Shown in pieces: positions 9,496 to 19,053 of a DNA stretch of 64,000 nucleotides. Each line of letters begins with the position of its first letter. Positions within the stretch are counted from its first letter, which is position 1. The notes under the pieces were generated by a model. It made no database searches, had not been told where the DNA came from, and was given only the letters and a program-made list of their open reading frames with translations. Made by a program: the position numbers and the translations under genes. Origin of the DNA: Acidobacteriota bacterium (lineage in GTDB: Bacteria > Acidobacteriota > UBA890 > WLXD01); contig CAXWPL010000005.1 of assembly GCA_963666215.2 (NCBI GenBank), forward strand, positions 384,001 to 448,000, read 5' to 3'.

Positions 9496-11928
9496 TCATT
9501 CGGGGATCACTTCGACGCGGCGCGTCGTCGTGGCGGGCACCTCGACGCTGACGGTTAGCAACACCTGGCTGCCGTCGTCCGACGACAGGGTGGCCCGCAC
9601 TTCGCCACCTTCGACCCGGTAGCCACGCTCGCGCCAGCGCAACCGGAACCGCAACAGCACCGACTCGGAGCCGATCTCGCGGGAGTTGACGACTATGGCG
9701 GTCATGCCTTGCGCGGATCCATCGTTGGCGCCGTCGTAGGTCACCTCGAGTTGCCCGGCCTCCATCCGCCGGCTGGCTACCTCCCCATCGGCATTCACCT
9801 CCACCAACCGGTACTCGCCGTTGATCGTCGAGCCGGTCGCGAGCACGCGTGTCGTCCCGCCAGCCAGCGTGCCTTCCGCGGAGCTGTGCCGGTGACCATG
9901 CAGGTAGAGGTCGACACCGGACGCCGTCAACAGGTCCTCGAGCTGATGCGCTACCGCGAATCGCCGGGGAAGCACACTCGTGTAGTCGTAGTGTGAGAGG
10001 ACCGCGAGCAAACCGCCCGGCGGGCGCTTCGTATGCTGCAACTGATCGACGAGCCCGGGCCACTGCGCGGCGCGGAAGCCCGGGACCTCTCGCTCGTACA
10101 CCTTCTCGTAGTCGGCCGGGTCGACCATCACGTAGGTGTCGTCGGCATAGTTGAAGTCGTAGAAGCGCGGGCCGATGTAACGGTCGTACTCGTCACCTCC
10201 CTGATAGAGGTAGCGCGTCCACCACGAGTAGTGATCGTGGTTACCGGGGATCAGATAGGTCGGCACCTCGAAATCTCCCAGGGCGCGCAACAGCCGAAGG
10301 TACTCTGGCCGTGAGCCGCTGTCGGTGAGGTCTCCTGTGATCACCGCGAACGCCGGCTGCAGGGCGTTGATCTCCGACGCAATCTGGCGCAAACGCTCCG
10401 CATGCTCGCTGTTGCCGCGTGGGCTGCGGATGTGAGTGTCGCTGAGGTGAGCGAAGCGGTAGGGTCGGCCGATTTCCCGCACCACCTTCACCGCCCGTGG
10501 CGCCTCATCACGGCGTCCGTCGAGCCGGATTGCCAGATCGTACAGCCCCTCGGGTGTTGTCTCGGGGACGCGCGCGAGCACACGGAGACCGGATTGCCTC
10601 TGGCCGTTGCCCGCCACCATAACGACGGCTTCGACGCTTTCGACGACGAGATCGCGCTCATGCAAGGAGTTGCCGAGCGAGGCCTCGATCGTTGCAGGAG
10701 GGCCATCGATCAAGCACTGGATGTCGAACGTCAGACCGGCGCGGACGATCACCGGGACGGTTCCCAGAGGTCGCCGGAGCATTCCGAGGCTACGGTCGTC
10801 CGGGTGGGCATAGCGCAGCACCGGCCGCAGGTGGGTCTCGCCGGGGCCGATCACCAGCCCCTCGACGCGCTCCGGGAGCAGGTTCTCCTCGGGGTCCGGC
10901 GGCCGGTAATAGCCGGGGTTGGAGTCGGCCGCAACGGCCAGGTCGTAGGTACCGGGCTGCAGAGCGTACGTCCGCGGAACACTGCCGTGTCGGTTGGTGC
11001 GCAGCAGGATGTCCGGACGACGCGGGCGCGAGAAGGTCAGCGTCACGTCGGCGAGCGGCGTCCCGTACTCGTCGGTAACCGAGGCAGTCAGCGGCAGCAG
11101 TGGGGAATCGCTGACTCGGATCCGGTCGACGCTGACGTAGCCGCTCTCGACGATCAGCTCCAGCGAGTGTCGGGTCGGCTCCAGTCCCTCGACGACCAAG
11201 CGCTCCGTCCAGCCGGGCGACTCCTCGGCAGCAAGGTCGACCGTGAGGCGCTCGCTCCCGTCGATACGAACACTCACCGCTCCCTGCCGGTAGGTCTTCC
11301 AGTCGGCCAGGAAACCGTAGCGGTCGTTGTCGTAGTTGCCCTCGTAGTAGCGCTGCATGGCCACCAAGTCGCCGTGCCAAAGGCTCACCGCCACCGCCGA
11401 GCCCTCGAACTCGACACTCAGCGAATCACCGGGTCGATCGGAGTACAGGTAGTCCTGACCCTCGTGGTAGAGCTGGACCCAGGCGCCGCGGCGGTCCACG
11501 AGGCCATCGTCCTCTGCCTCGATCAAGTTTCCAGCCTGGCTCGAGATCACGGTAACGGTCAGCGTCGCGTAGCTCACGGAGACGCCGTCGTTGGCCTCCA
11601 CGACGACCCTCTCGCGGCCCGTCCAGTTCTCGGTTGGGGAGACGTCGACGTAGCGGTTATCCGAGAGGGTCACGCCAGCGTGGCCCTGATCACGCAGACG
11701 CGGCGGGGTGTTGAGGCTGAGGAGGATCTGCTCTGCCGGAGTGTCGGCATCCTCGAGGAACCGCCAGAGGTCGAGAATCCGCCGCGCCGAGCTGTTTTGC
11801 GGCACGCTCAGCGGCGGCAGCTCACGCAGCCGAGGCGGCTCCCGCGCCGAGCTGCCAGAGACTGGCCCCGCCGTGGTCTGCAACGCCGACAGGAGCCCGA
11901 GAGCGCACAGCAATTTCTGTTTCCACAC
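9496..11928 (-). CDS. Secreted multidomain calcineurin-like metallophosphoesterase
   Basis: Motifs LSDTH, TGDLTD, PGNHD, HGHRH; GTG 11928 preceded by GGAGG; N-terminal beta-rich, Ig/cadherin-like segments. Confidence 0.85.
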   Translation of the reverse strand: MWKQKLLCALGLLSALQTTAGPVSGSSAREPPRLRELPPLSVPQNSSARRILDLWRFLEDADTPAEQILLSLNTPPRLRDQGHAGVTLSDNRYVDVSPTENWTGRERVVVEANDGVSVSYATLTVTVISSQAGNLIEAEDDGLVDRRGAWVQLYHEGQDYLYSDRPGDSLSVEFEGSAVAVSLWHGDLVAMQRYYEGNYDNDRYGFLADWKTYRQGAVSVRIDGSERLTVDLAAEESPGWTERLVVEGLEPTRHSLELIVESGYVSVDRIRVSDSPLLPLTASVTDEYGTPLADVTLTFSRPRRPDILLRTNRHGSVPRTYALQPGTYDLAVAADSNPGYYRPPDPEENLLPERVEGLVIGPGETHLRPVLRYAHPDDRSLGMLRRPLGTVPVIVRAGLTFDIQCLIDGPPATIEASLGNSLHERDLVVESVEAVVMVAGNGQRQSGLRVLARVPETTPEGLYDLAIRLDGRRDEAPRAVKVVREIGRPYRFAHLSDTHIRSPRGNSEHAERLRQIASEINALQPAFAVITGDLTDSGSRPEYLRLLRALGDFEVPTYLIPGNHDHYSWWTRYLYQGGDEYDRYIGPRFYDFNYADDTYVMVDPADYEKVYEREVPGFRAAQWPGLVDQLQHTKRPPGGLLAVLSHYDYTSVLPRRFAVAHQLEDLLTASGVDLYLHGHRHSSAEGTLAGGTTRVLATGSTINGEYRLVEVNADGEVASRRMEAGQLEVTYDGANDGSAQGMTAIVVNSREIGSESVLLRFRLRWRERGYRVEGGEVRATLSSDDGSQVLLTVSVEVPATTTRRVEVIPE

Positions 11929-12159
11929 GGGCAGCCTCCAGCCGGCTTGCCGCGTCCGGAGCCGAAAAAAAGCAGGTCCGCACGCGGGCGCGCCGACGCC
12001 GACAACGTATCGCCTCGCACTGGCGAACGGCAGTGGCCGCGGCATCCTTCGAGAGTTCTTCGACCAATCTTTGAGATTCTTTCGAAGATGGTTAGGGACT
12101 CTCTCGGCCGGGTGAAAGACGCTAGAGACGTGGAAATTCGAATCGAGGGGAAAGGCACG

Positions 12160-14208
12160 ATGAGGTTCCTGACCGCCGTCGTGGCCGCGCTCGTTACCCT
12201 GTCGCCCGTGGTGGCTCTGGAACCAGGAGAGGATTTCGATGCGCAGCGCGCACTCTCGTGGGTGCAGAGGCTAGCCGACGACGAGTTGCAGGGTCGCCGC
12301 ACCGGAACCGCCGCCGGAGACCGGGCAGCCGATCTGATGGCCGCGACTTTTCGCGAAGCCGGGCTGGAGCCGGCCGGGGACAACGGCGACTTCTTGCAGA
12401 GCTTCACCTTCCCCTTCTACCAGCTCGTCCACCCGAATCGGATGAGCATCACCACGCAGGGCTCGGCGAGAGAGCTGACGTACTCCGACGACTTCTACTT
12501 CCTCACCGGCTCGGGGCAGTCGTCCGGGACGGCCGACATTCTCTACGTAGGGTACGGGCTGTCAGCGGCCGGCTACGACGACCTGCGGGACGTCGATCCC
12601 CGCGGCAAGGTCCTGCTGGCGATGGAGGGCATGCCGACGGAGTGGAGTCTCGACCGGGGGCTCGCCAGCTCCATCTCCAAGGCCCGGCAAGCGCACGCCT
12701 CCGGAGCCGCGGGCATCCTGTTCTTTCCCGACCCAGAACGCGCGTCCGCCTTTCCCCGAACCCGGATCTGGTCGTTTCGTCCCGAGAACCACCGCGACGG
12801 CTTCTTCGTGGGTAGGCTCAACCCGGCAGTAGCCGACGAACTGCTCGACGGCCAGGCGGCTGCCTTGAAAAATCGAATCCTGCGGGAGCGCCGACCAGCC
12901 TCACGACCGACGGGCGAAGCGCTGCAGTGGGAATGCCACGTCGAGCTCGACCTGCAACGGCGAGGCGCCACCGTCCTCGGGCTGCTGCGTGGATCGTCGG
13001 TCGAGAGATCGTCCGAGGTCGTCATCGTTGGGGCGCACTACGACGGCGGCGGCCAGGATCCGGACGGGACCATCTACAACGGCGCCGAGGACAACGCCTC
13101 GGGTGCCTCCGTCGTGCTCGAGCTAGCCCGGGCCATGGCGTCCGGCAAGCGTCCGGCGCGCTCCGTTCTCTTTGCCGGTTGGGGCGCCGAGGAGCAGGGC
13201 GCACACGGCTCGCAGCACTTCCTCGCCACGGAACATTGGCCGCTGGAGGAAATCGTCGCCGTCTTCACGCTCGACAACGTCGGCGCCGGCAGCGGCAGGT
13301 TCCGCTTGTTCGGTGCCCGCAACTTCCCTGAAGAGTTCGACTTCCTGGCGGCAGCCGTCGACCGAAGCGTCATGGAGCGCTTCACGCCGCGCGGGCTCGG
13401 TGGCAGTGATGGCTGGTACTTCCAGATTCGCGGGATACCCTCGCTGTTCGCGCACGCCGACGCGCCCCAACCTTACGTTCACAGCCCCCAGGACGACGCG
13501 GAGACCATCTCGCTAGAGATGCTCGACGTCGTTGGCCGTTTTGTTCAGCAGGCTGCGTTTGCCGCGGCCGACGCGCCGGAGGGTACCTTCGTGCGGCCGG
13601 GGCGCCTCCCCCGCTACCTGTCACGCCACGCCTTTGTCGCCGGTTGGGCCAGGGCGGCGGACGATCCGGACTGGCAGCAGCTGTCGGAGCGGGACTTCGA
13701 CCTGCTGATCGTCGAGGTCGGTTCGCTGGAGGAGGCGGGGCTGGTGCGAAATTCGCTGCCGTCGTCGGCGACCGTCGTTACCGGCCGCAACGCATTGTCA
13801 GACACGGAGGCTGGCGCGCCGTTGCGCGTCGTCCTGGCCCTGCGTGGCGTGCCGCCTCGGGGAACCAGCGGCGCCGATCTGGCAGCCGCCGGCGTCGCGA
13901 TGCTGATCGACGCGGCAGGGCCCACGAGCTTTCCTGGCGTGGCTCGATTCGAATCGACTCGCAGCGGCCTGCTAGCCGAGGGCATCGAGATCGTGACGGT
14001 GAACGACCACTCCGAGAGCGAGCTGGCGGAGACGCTCGGGGCGATCGATGAGGGGACCACGGCGCTGCTGGTCGACATTTCGTTCGACCGGCCACTCTCG
14101 GCTCTGACCGCCAGACTGCTCGACCTCGGCCTCAACCCCGACCGGATCGAATCGCTGCTCGGCGGCAACTTGCGCGCTCACCTGATGCGCTCGTTGCTGC
14201 CACAGTAG
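12160..14208 (+). CDS. Secreted M28 peptidase with PA domain and a C-terminal extension
   Basis: RBS, ATG 12160 and signal peptide; motifs LQGRRTG, GAHYD, GAEDNASG, GAEEQG, LDNVG, HSPQDD. Confidence 0.9.
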   Translation: MRFLTAVVAALVTLSPVVALEPGEDFDAQRALSWVQRLADDELQGRRTGTAAGDRAADLMAATFREAGLEPAGDNGDFLQSFTFPFYQLVHPNRMSITTQGSARELTYSDDFYFLTGSGQSSGTADILYVGYGLSAAGYDDLRDVDPRGKVLLAMEGMPTEWSLDRGLASSISKARQAHASGAAGILFFPDPERASAFPRTRIWSFRPENHRDGFFVGRLNPAVADELLDGQAAALKNRILRERRPASRPTGEALQWECHVELDLQRRGATVLGLLRGSSVERSSEVVIVGAHYDGGGQDPDGTIYNGAEDNASGASVVLELARAMASGKRPARSVLFAGWGAEEQGAHGSQHFLATEHWPLEEIVAVFTLDNVGAGSGRFRLFGARNFPEEFDFLAAAVDRSVMERFTPRGLGGSDGWYFQIRGIPSLFAHADAPQPYVHSPQDDAETISLEMLDVVGRFVQQAAFAAADAPEGTFVRPGRLPRYLSRHAFVAGWARAADDPDWQQLSERDFDLLIVEVGSLEEAGLVRNSLPSSATVVTGRNALSDTEAGAPLRVVLALRGVPPRGTSGADLAAAGVAMLIDAAGPTSFPGVARFESTRSGLLAEGIEIVTVNDHSESELAETLGAIDEGTTALLVDISFDRPLSALTARLLDLGLNPDRIESLLGGNLRAHLMRSLLPQ

Positions 14209-14237
14209 CCCAGCGCCAGCGAACCGCACCGGAACGG

Positions 14238-16038
14238 TTGTGGGGTGACACGTTGGAGGGCTCGGAGTACGCTTCGATATACTCTCGCTGTGGGCTGACC
14301 AGCCGCGCTTCGATGGCGGCCGTCACCACGATCAGATGGCCCTCCGGGCCAGGGGCGAGGAAAGCATTGCCACTTTGTCGGCAGGTCTGGAGTGATCCCT
14401 GCAGCACCGCCGAGCAGTCGGTGGCGGCCTCGTCCCGGCCCGAGAGAGCGACTCTCAGCCGCAGCCGTGCGACCGCCGTCCGTTTGCCGCCCGCAGGCCG
14501 GTTCCCGCTTCTCGTGGCCAGCCTGCTCTGCGCCCCGACAATTGCTCTCGGCGCCGAGGTGAGTTGCGAGGAGCACTATCCGGGCCCGGCCGCCGACGTG
14601 ATCAGCCGTGAGTGCCGCGCTCGTCCTGCTGGCAACGGCAGTGCCGCTGGGGCAATCATCGGCCTGCAGGACGACGATGCGTTCCTGGCGGCCAGAGAAG
14701 CCATCACCGAGGGCCGCATCGGGGAGGCGATCGCGCGGCTCGACCTGTTGGCTCGGGAGCGCCCGGAGTCGGCAGCCGTAGCGCTGCTACTCGGCCACGC
14801 CTATCGCGCTGCCGACGATCTGGTCGGAGCGGTCCGCAGCTACACACAAAGTGGGAATCTCGACCCGAGCGATCCGGAGCCCCTGATGGCGCTCGCCAGG
14901 GTGCAGGAGGAGGTCGGTGACCTGGCGACCGCCGCCAGTCTCTACGAACGAGCGATCGCTCTGGACCCAGAGCTACCTGCCGCCTATCGCCAGGCCGCAG
15001 GCGTTGAGGTGAAGTTGCAGCGCCATGCCCGGGTCATCGGGCATCTATCGCGGTATCTGCAGCTGCGACCCGACGACCTCGAGAGCCTCAACGTTCTGGG
15101 CATCGCCCACTATCTGAATCAGGACCACACGGCAGCCATCGAGAGCTTCGAGCGGGCGCTGCGCCTCAATCCGGACTTCGCCGCCGCGCACTTCGGCCTC
15201 GGAGTGGTCCTGGCAAAAAGGCCGGCCGATCACGAGCGCGCCCTCGAGCACCTCAGACGTGCGCTCATTGCCTTTCCCGATAACGCCGACGCCCATTACT
15301 ACGTCGGCCGCATCCTGGCCGACCGGGGCGAGCTACAGGAGGCTGTCGATGAGCTCGAGCGCAGCATCGATCTCAACCCAGACCGTCTCGACGCCCACTA
15401 TCGGCTAGGACAAGCCTATGTCCGGGCGGGCAACCGGGAGGCCGGTAACGCTTCTCTGGCCCGCTTCACGCAGATGCAGCAGCGCTCCAACGAGGCGGCC
15501 GGCGCTGAGAAGCGCCTGACGACGGAAAAGGACGCGGTGACTGCGGCGCTCGAAAGCGGTGATCTCGGGCGGGCCGCTCTGCGACTCGAGGAGCTCATTG
15601 CGACGTATCCGGACGACCCCGATCTGCTTACCGTGGCCGCAAAGTTCCGCTCCGCCAGCGGTGACCGGACGGGGGCCTTGGGAGCCCTCGGGCGGGCGCT
15701 TGAGGTGGACCCCAGGCACTGGGAAGGCACTGCAGCTCCTCGGACTCCTGTTGCACCAGGCCGGGCGACAGCAGGAGGCACGAGAGGCGCTGGAGCGCTG
15801 CCTGTTGTTGAAGCCACTGTCGATCAACAACTATGCCGTGCTCGGCAACGTGCTGACGGCGTTGAACGAGCCCGCCGCGGCGGCCGACGCCTACCGCACG
15901 GCCGCCACGCTCGACCCGGACAACCTGGCCCACCACCTCAACCTTGCCACCGCCTACAGCCGCCTGGGCCTGACCCAACTGGAGGAACAGGCGATGGCCG
16001 ACTACCACCGGTTGCTAGAGCGCTTGCCTCAGAACTGA
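14238..16038 (+). CDS. Tetratricopeptide-repeat protein, frameshifted near 15727 (start uncertain)
   Basis: Many TPR units (ERALRLNPDFAAAHFGLG, AHYYVGRIL). The TPR pattern continues in another frame (ALQLLGLLL...) after cactgggaaggcactg and ends at 16038. Confidence 0.8.
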
Positions 16039-18833
16039 ACCCTCGCACCCAGCTGGAGCGTCCGTGGCAACAGAAAGGAGGTCGGGTCGCCGAAGCCGCC
16101 CGACGTGATGATGTTCTGGACGCTGCGGACGTTCTCGTAGTTGGTGAGGTTGAAGACGTCGAGGTAGACCTCGACCATCGTGTTGCCGCTGCTGAAGCTC
16201 TTCGCTCCCCGCAGGTCCCACTGGAACTCGCGCGGAAGGCGCCGCGCGTTGATCCCTTCGGGAGCGATGAAGTGTGCCCTCGGTAAAGCGATCCTCGTTT
16301 CCGGAGTCCAGGGTCGCCCGGTGCGAGCCTTCAGGATCGAGCCGAACTGGATCCCGTAGGGCAGGGTCACCGCGCCCGAGACTTTGAAGGCGTGGTGCAC
16401 CTCGTAGTCGGCCGAGTGGCGGCGAGTCGTGATGTCGCCAGCCTCTGCGAAGCTGTCGATCACCGACTCGGCGCGACCAGCCAGCTCTCGCGACGAGTTC
16501 CCCTCGGTGTCCTCGTAGGTGTAGTTGACGTTGAAGAAACCACCGTTGAACCGCTTCCGGAAGGTCAGCTCCATAATGAGGTCGCGCATGACCCCGAAGT
16601 TGCCGATCAACTTTGAGTTCGCGGGGATTGTCGGGTCGGGCGCGGGTCCCGTCAGAGGGGCGCGATTGATGATGGTTGTCCAGATCAGGTCCTTGAAGTC
16701 CTTGTAGATGATGTTGGCGCCGGCCACGTAGCCGCGGTCGATCTCGTACTCGAGGCCAATGTTCCCCTGGTAGGTGATCGGAGAGCTGAGGCCATCCTGG
16801 AGGAATACATTCTGTGAGGGCACCGTGTTGGAGCCGGAAACGACCTCGCCCGTCTCGCGGTCGAAGTTCAGGCCCCTGGAGCGAACAAGCGACGCTTCCT
16901 CGGTGGCGAGAAGCGACGAGCGGTCGCGGAAGACACCGGCGCCGGCCCGCAGGACGAAGCGCCCATCCTCAGTCAGCGCGTAGATCGAATGGATGCGTGG
17001 CGAGATCTGGTGGTTCTCCAGAAAGTCGTCGTAGTCGTAGCGCAGCCCCAGGTTGACCGTCCACCGCGGGTTGACATTCCAGTCGTCCTGGACGAAGCCC
17101 GAATAGGTATTCAGCGTGGCGTCGAGCTGCTGGTCCACTGGGAATCCAGTGGCGAAGAAGGCCGTCAGCACCTCCGGCGGCGCCGGCAGCGTTTCGACGG
17201 GAATCACGGTGCCGTCGGGCGTCCGGTTGTCGGAGACGAAGAGATCGCGCGCCGGAACTAACAGGTTCTCGTTGAAGCGCTCCCAGTCGAAACCGAATTT
17301 CATCGAGTGGTCGCCGAAGAAACCACTGTAGGACTCCTTCCACTCGAAGGCCTTGAGCTGCGCGTCGATGACCTCACCGATCTGGCCGATGACGTAGTAG
17401 TCGGTGAAGATGAGCGACCCATCCGGGCCGGCCGACCAGATAATCGGCTGCTCGCCGTTTGGCCCCAGGTTGGAGCTCGACTGGCGGTCGACGCTGCTGA
17501 ATTTCACCAGGCTGTACAGGTAGTTGTTGTTGTCGAAGGTGTGGAAGTCGTTGACCTGCACACTGAAGGTCGTGTTGTCGCCGGCGCGCTTCTCGATCTG
17601 GTCCGCCGACACACGGTTGATGGCCTGGTTGTAGACGGAGGTGTCGCTGCTGTAGTTGAAGGTGAGATTGAGCCGGTTTCTGTTCGCGGGCTGCACGGTC
17701 AACTTGCCGGTGAAACGGTTATTCGACGTGTCGCTCTGCGGCAACCCGGTGTCGAGCGCGAACGAGCGGATCTTGCCACCGGTCGGCTCACCGGGATAAG
17801 AGATGCGCCGCAGGTCGAAGCTGGTGCGATTGTCGTCGCGCTCGTAGCTGGTGAAGAACCAAGCCTTGCCCGGGGACACCGGCCCTCCCAGATAGACCGA
17901 CTCCTGGGTGCGTCTGACGTCGTCGAAGGAGTCGTCGCTGTTCAACGACTCGTCCTGGAAGTTGAAGCCGAAACCGCCAGTCCAGCGATCGGTACCCGAT
18001 CGCGTGATGAGGTTGATCACGCCGCCAGACCCCTGCCCGAACTCCGCCGAGTAGGCAGCGCTGACGACCTGAATCTCCTGGATGGCGTCCTGATTGAGCG
18101 GTTGCAGGTGGAAACCGGTGTCGAGGCCGATGCTCGGGTCGTCCGGGTTCTGTTGGTTGACGATGAAGTAGACGCTCGTACGGAAACGGCCAGAGGTGTC
18201 GCCCAGGTCGTTGTTGCGAGCACCATCGATGAGAAAGATGTTCTGGTTGTCTCGGGAGCCGTTGATGTTGAAGTTGGACCCGGTCTTGGTGACGCCGGGC
18301 AGCGTGTCGACAACGCTCTGGAAGTCGCGGCCCCGGATCGGCAGGCTGGCCAACTCCTCGTGCGTGATGGTCTTCTTGATGGCCGGCTCGCTACGCTCGA
18401 TAGCTGGCGCCTCTGCGATCACGGTAATGGTCTCCGCGACTGCGGCCGACGCTGGCATCACGACGTCGAAGCGCGACTTGGCGTTCGGGCCCGCGTTGAT
18501 CGTCTCGAAGACGAGCTCCTGGAAGCCCTGCAAGGTCAGCCGCATGTTGTACGTGCCTGGCGGGAGCGTCGGGAAGATGAAGTAGCCTCTGGTGTCACTA
18601 ACGCGGACCGACGTGACGCCGCGACCGACGTCCGTGACGACCACGGTGACCCCCGGCAGAGCCGCCGCGTCCTCATCGGTGACATACCCGGAAATACTGG
18701 CGGTGATCACTGTCTGGGCCGCCGCCTCCGATGTCCAGGCGAACGCGGCCAACAGGGCGAGCAGCAGTACGATTCCGGTCCGGAGGAAGCCGTCGAACGA
18801 CTGGTGCAGCGAGGAAGGCTTGCCGATCTTCAT
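16029..18833 (-). CDS. TonB-dependent outer-membrane receptor (Oar-like, N-terminal carboxypeptidase-regulatory-like domain)
   Basis: Signal peptide; ISGYVTDEDAAALPGVTV; plug motifs LPIRGRDF and YSAEFGQGSGGVINLITRSG; FVQDDW; NLGLRYD; C-terminal LGARVQF. Confidence 0.95.
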   Translation of the reverse strand: MKIGKPSSLHQSFDGFLRTGIVLLLALLAAFAWTSEAAAQTVITASISGYVTDEDAAALPGVTVVVTDVGRGVTSVRVSDTRGYFIFPTLPPGTYNMRLTLQGFQELVFETINAGPNAKSRFDVVMPASAAVAETITVIAEAPAIERSEPAIKKTITHEELASLPIRGRDFQSVVDTLPGVTKTGSNFNINGSRDNQNIFLIDGARNNDLGDTSGRFRTSVYFIVNQQNPDDPSIGLDTGFHLQPLNQDAIQEIQVVSAAYSAEFGQGSGGVINLITRSGTDRWTGGFGFNFQDESLNSDDSFDDVRRTQESVYLGGPVSPGKAWFFTSYERDDNRTSFDLRRISYPGEPTGGKIRSFALDTGLPQSDTSNNRFTGKLTVQPANRNRLNLTFNYSSDTSVYNQAINRVSADQIEKRAGDNTTFSVQVNDFHTFDNNNYLYSLVKFSSVDRQSSSNLGPNGEQPIIWSAGPDGSLIFTDYYVIGQIGEVIDAQLKAFEWKESYSGFFGDHSMKFGFDWERFNENLLVPARDLFVSDNRTPDGTVIPVETLPAPPEVLTAFFATGFPVDQQLDATLNTYSGFVQDDWNVNPRWTVNLGLRYDYDDFLENHQISPRIHSIYALTEDGRFVLRAGAGVFRDRSSLLATEEASLVRSRGLNFDRETGEVVSGSNTVPSQNVFLQDGLSSPITYQGNIGLEYEIDRGYVAGANIIYKDFKDLIWTTIINRAPLTGPAPDPTIPANSKLIGNFGVMRDLIMELTFRKRFNGGFFNVNYTYEDTEGNSSRELAGRAESVIDSFAEAGDITTRRHSADYEVHHAFKVSGAVTLPYGIQFGSILKARTGRPWTPETRIALPRAHFIAPEGINARRLPREFQWDLRGAKSFSSGNTMVEVYLDVFNLTNYENVRSVQNIITSGGFGDPTSFLLPRTLQLGARVQF

Positions 18834-18876
18834 TTCCCGAGTCTCCTTTATCACACACGGTAAAGGACCAGGGGGC

Positions 18877-18930
18877 CACCTGTCGAGTCCACGATGGAAA
18901 CTCCAGCTTCCATCGTGGACTCGACAGGTG
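18877..18930. repeat. Perfect 23-bp inverted repeat with 8-nt loop
   Basis: CACCTGTCGAGTCCACGATGGAA (18877-18899) - ACTCCAGC - TTCCATCGTGGACTCGACAGGTG (18908-18930). Confidence 0.95.
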
Positions 18931-19053
18931 AGACATCTCTAACAATCTTCGAAGGAACGTGGAACCTTGTTCTAAGAAGTTTCGAACAGGCACGCAGCCT
19001 TTTGGGCGCGGCTCAACAGCGACCAGAGCTTCTGCCGTCGAGGCCGCCCGGGT

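Noticed and set aside
7226-10063. 945-aa S9 ORF
   Set aside because: The N-terminal 205 aa overlap the neighbouring gene out of frame and are Arg/Gly-rich noise.
10402-14208. 1268-aa ORF as one giant protein
   Set aside because: The first ~586 codons are the antisense shadow of the metallophosphoesterase plus intergenic DNA; the real gene starts at ATG 12160 with an RBS and signal peptide.
14238-16286. 682-aa TPR ORF overlapping the receptor
   Set aside because: The tail after about 15727 is out-of-frame read-through; TPR repeats continue in the frame ending at 16038.
17307-18863. Long antisense ORFs (also 2365-4041, 33034-34908, 50004-51494)
   Set aside because: These are typical stop-poor shadows of real genes in high-GC DNA and carry no motifs.
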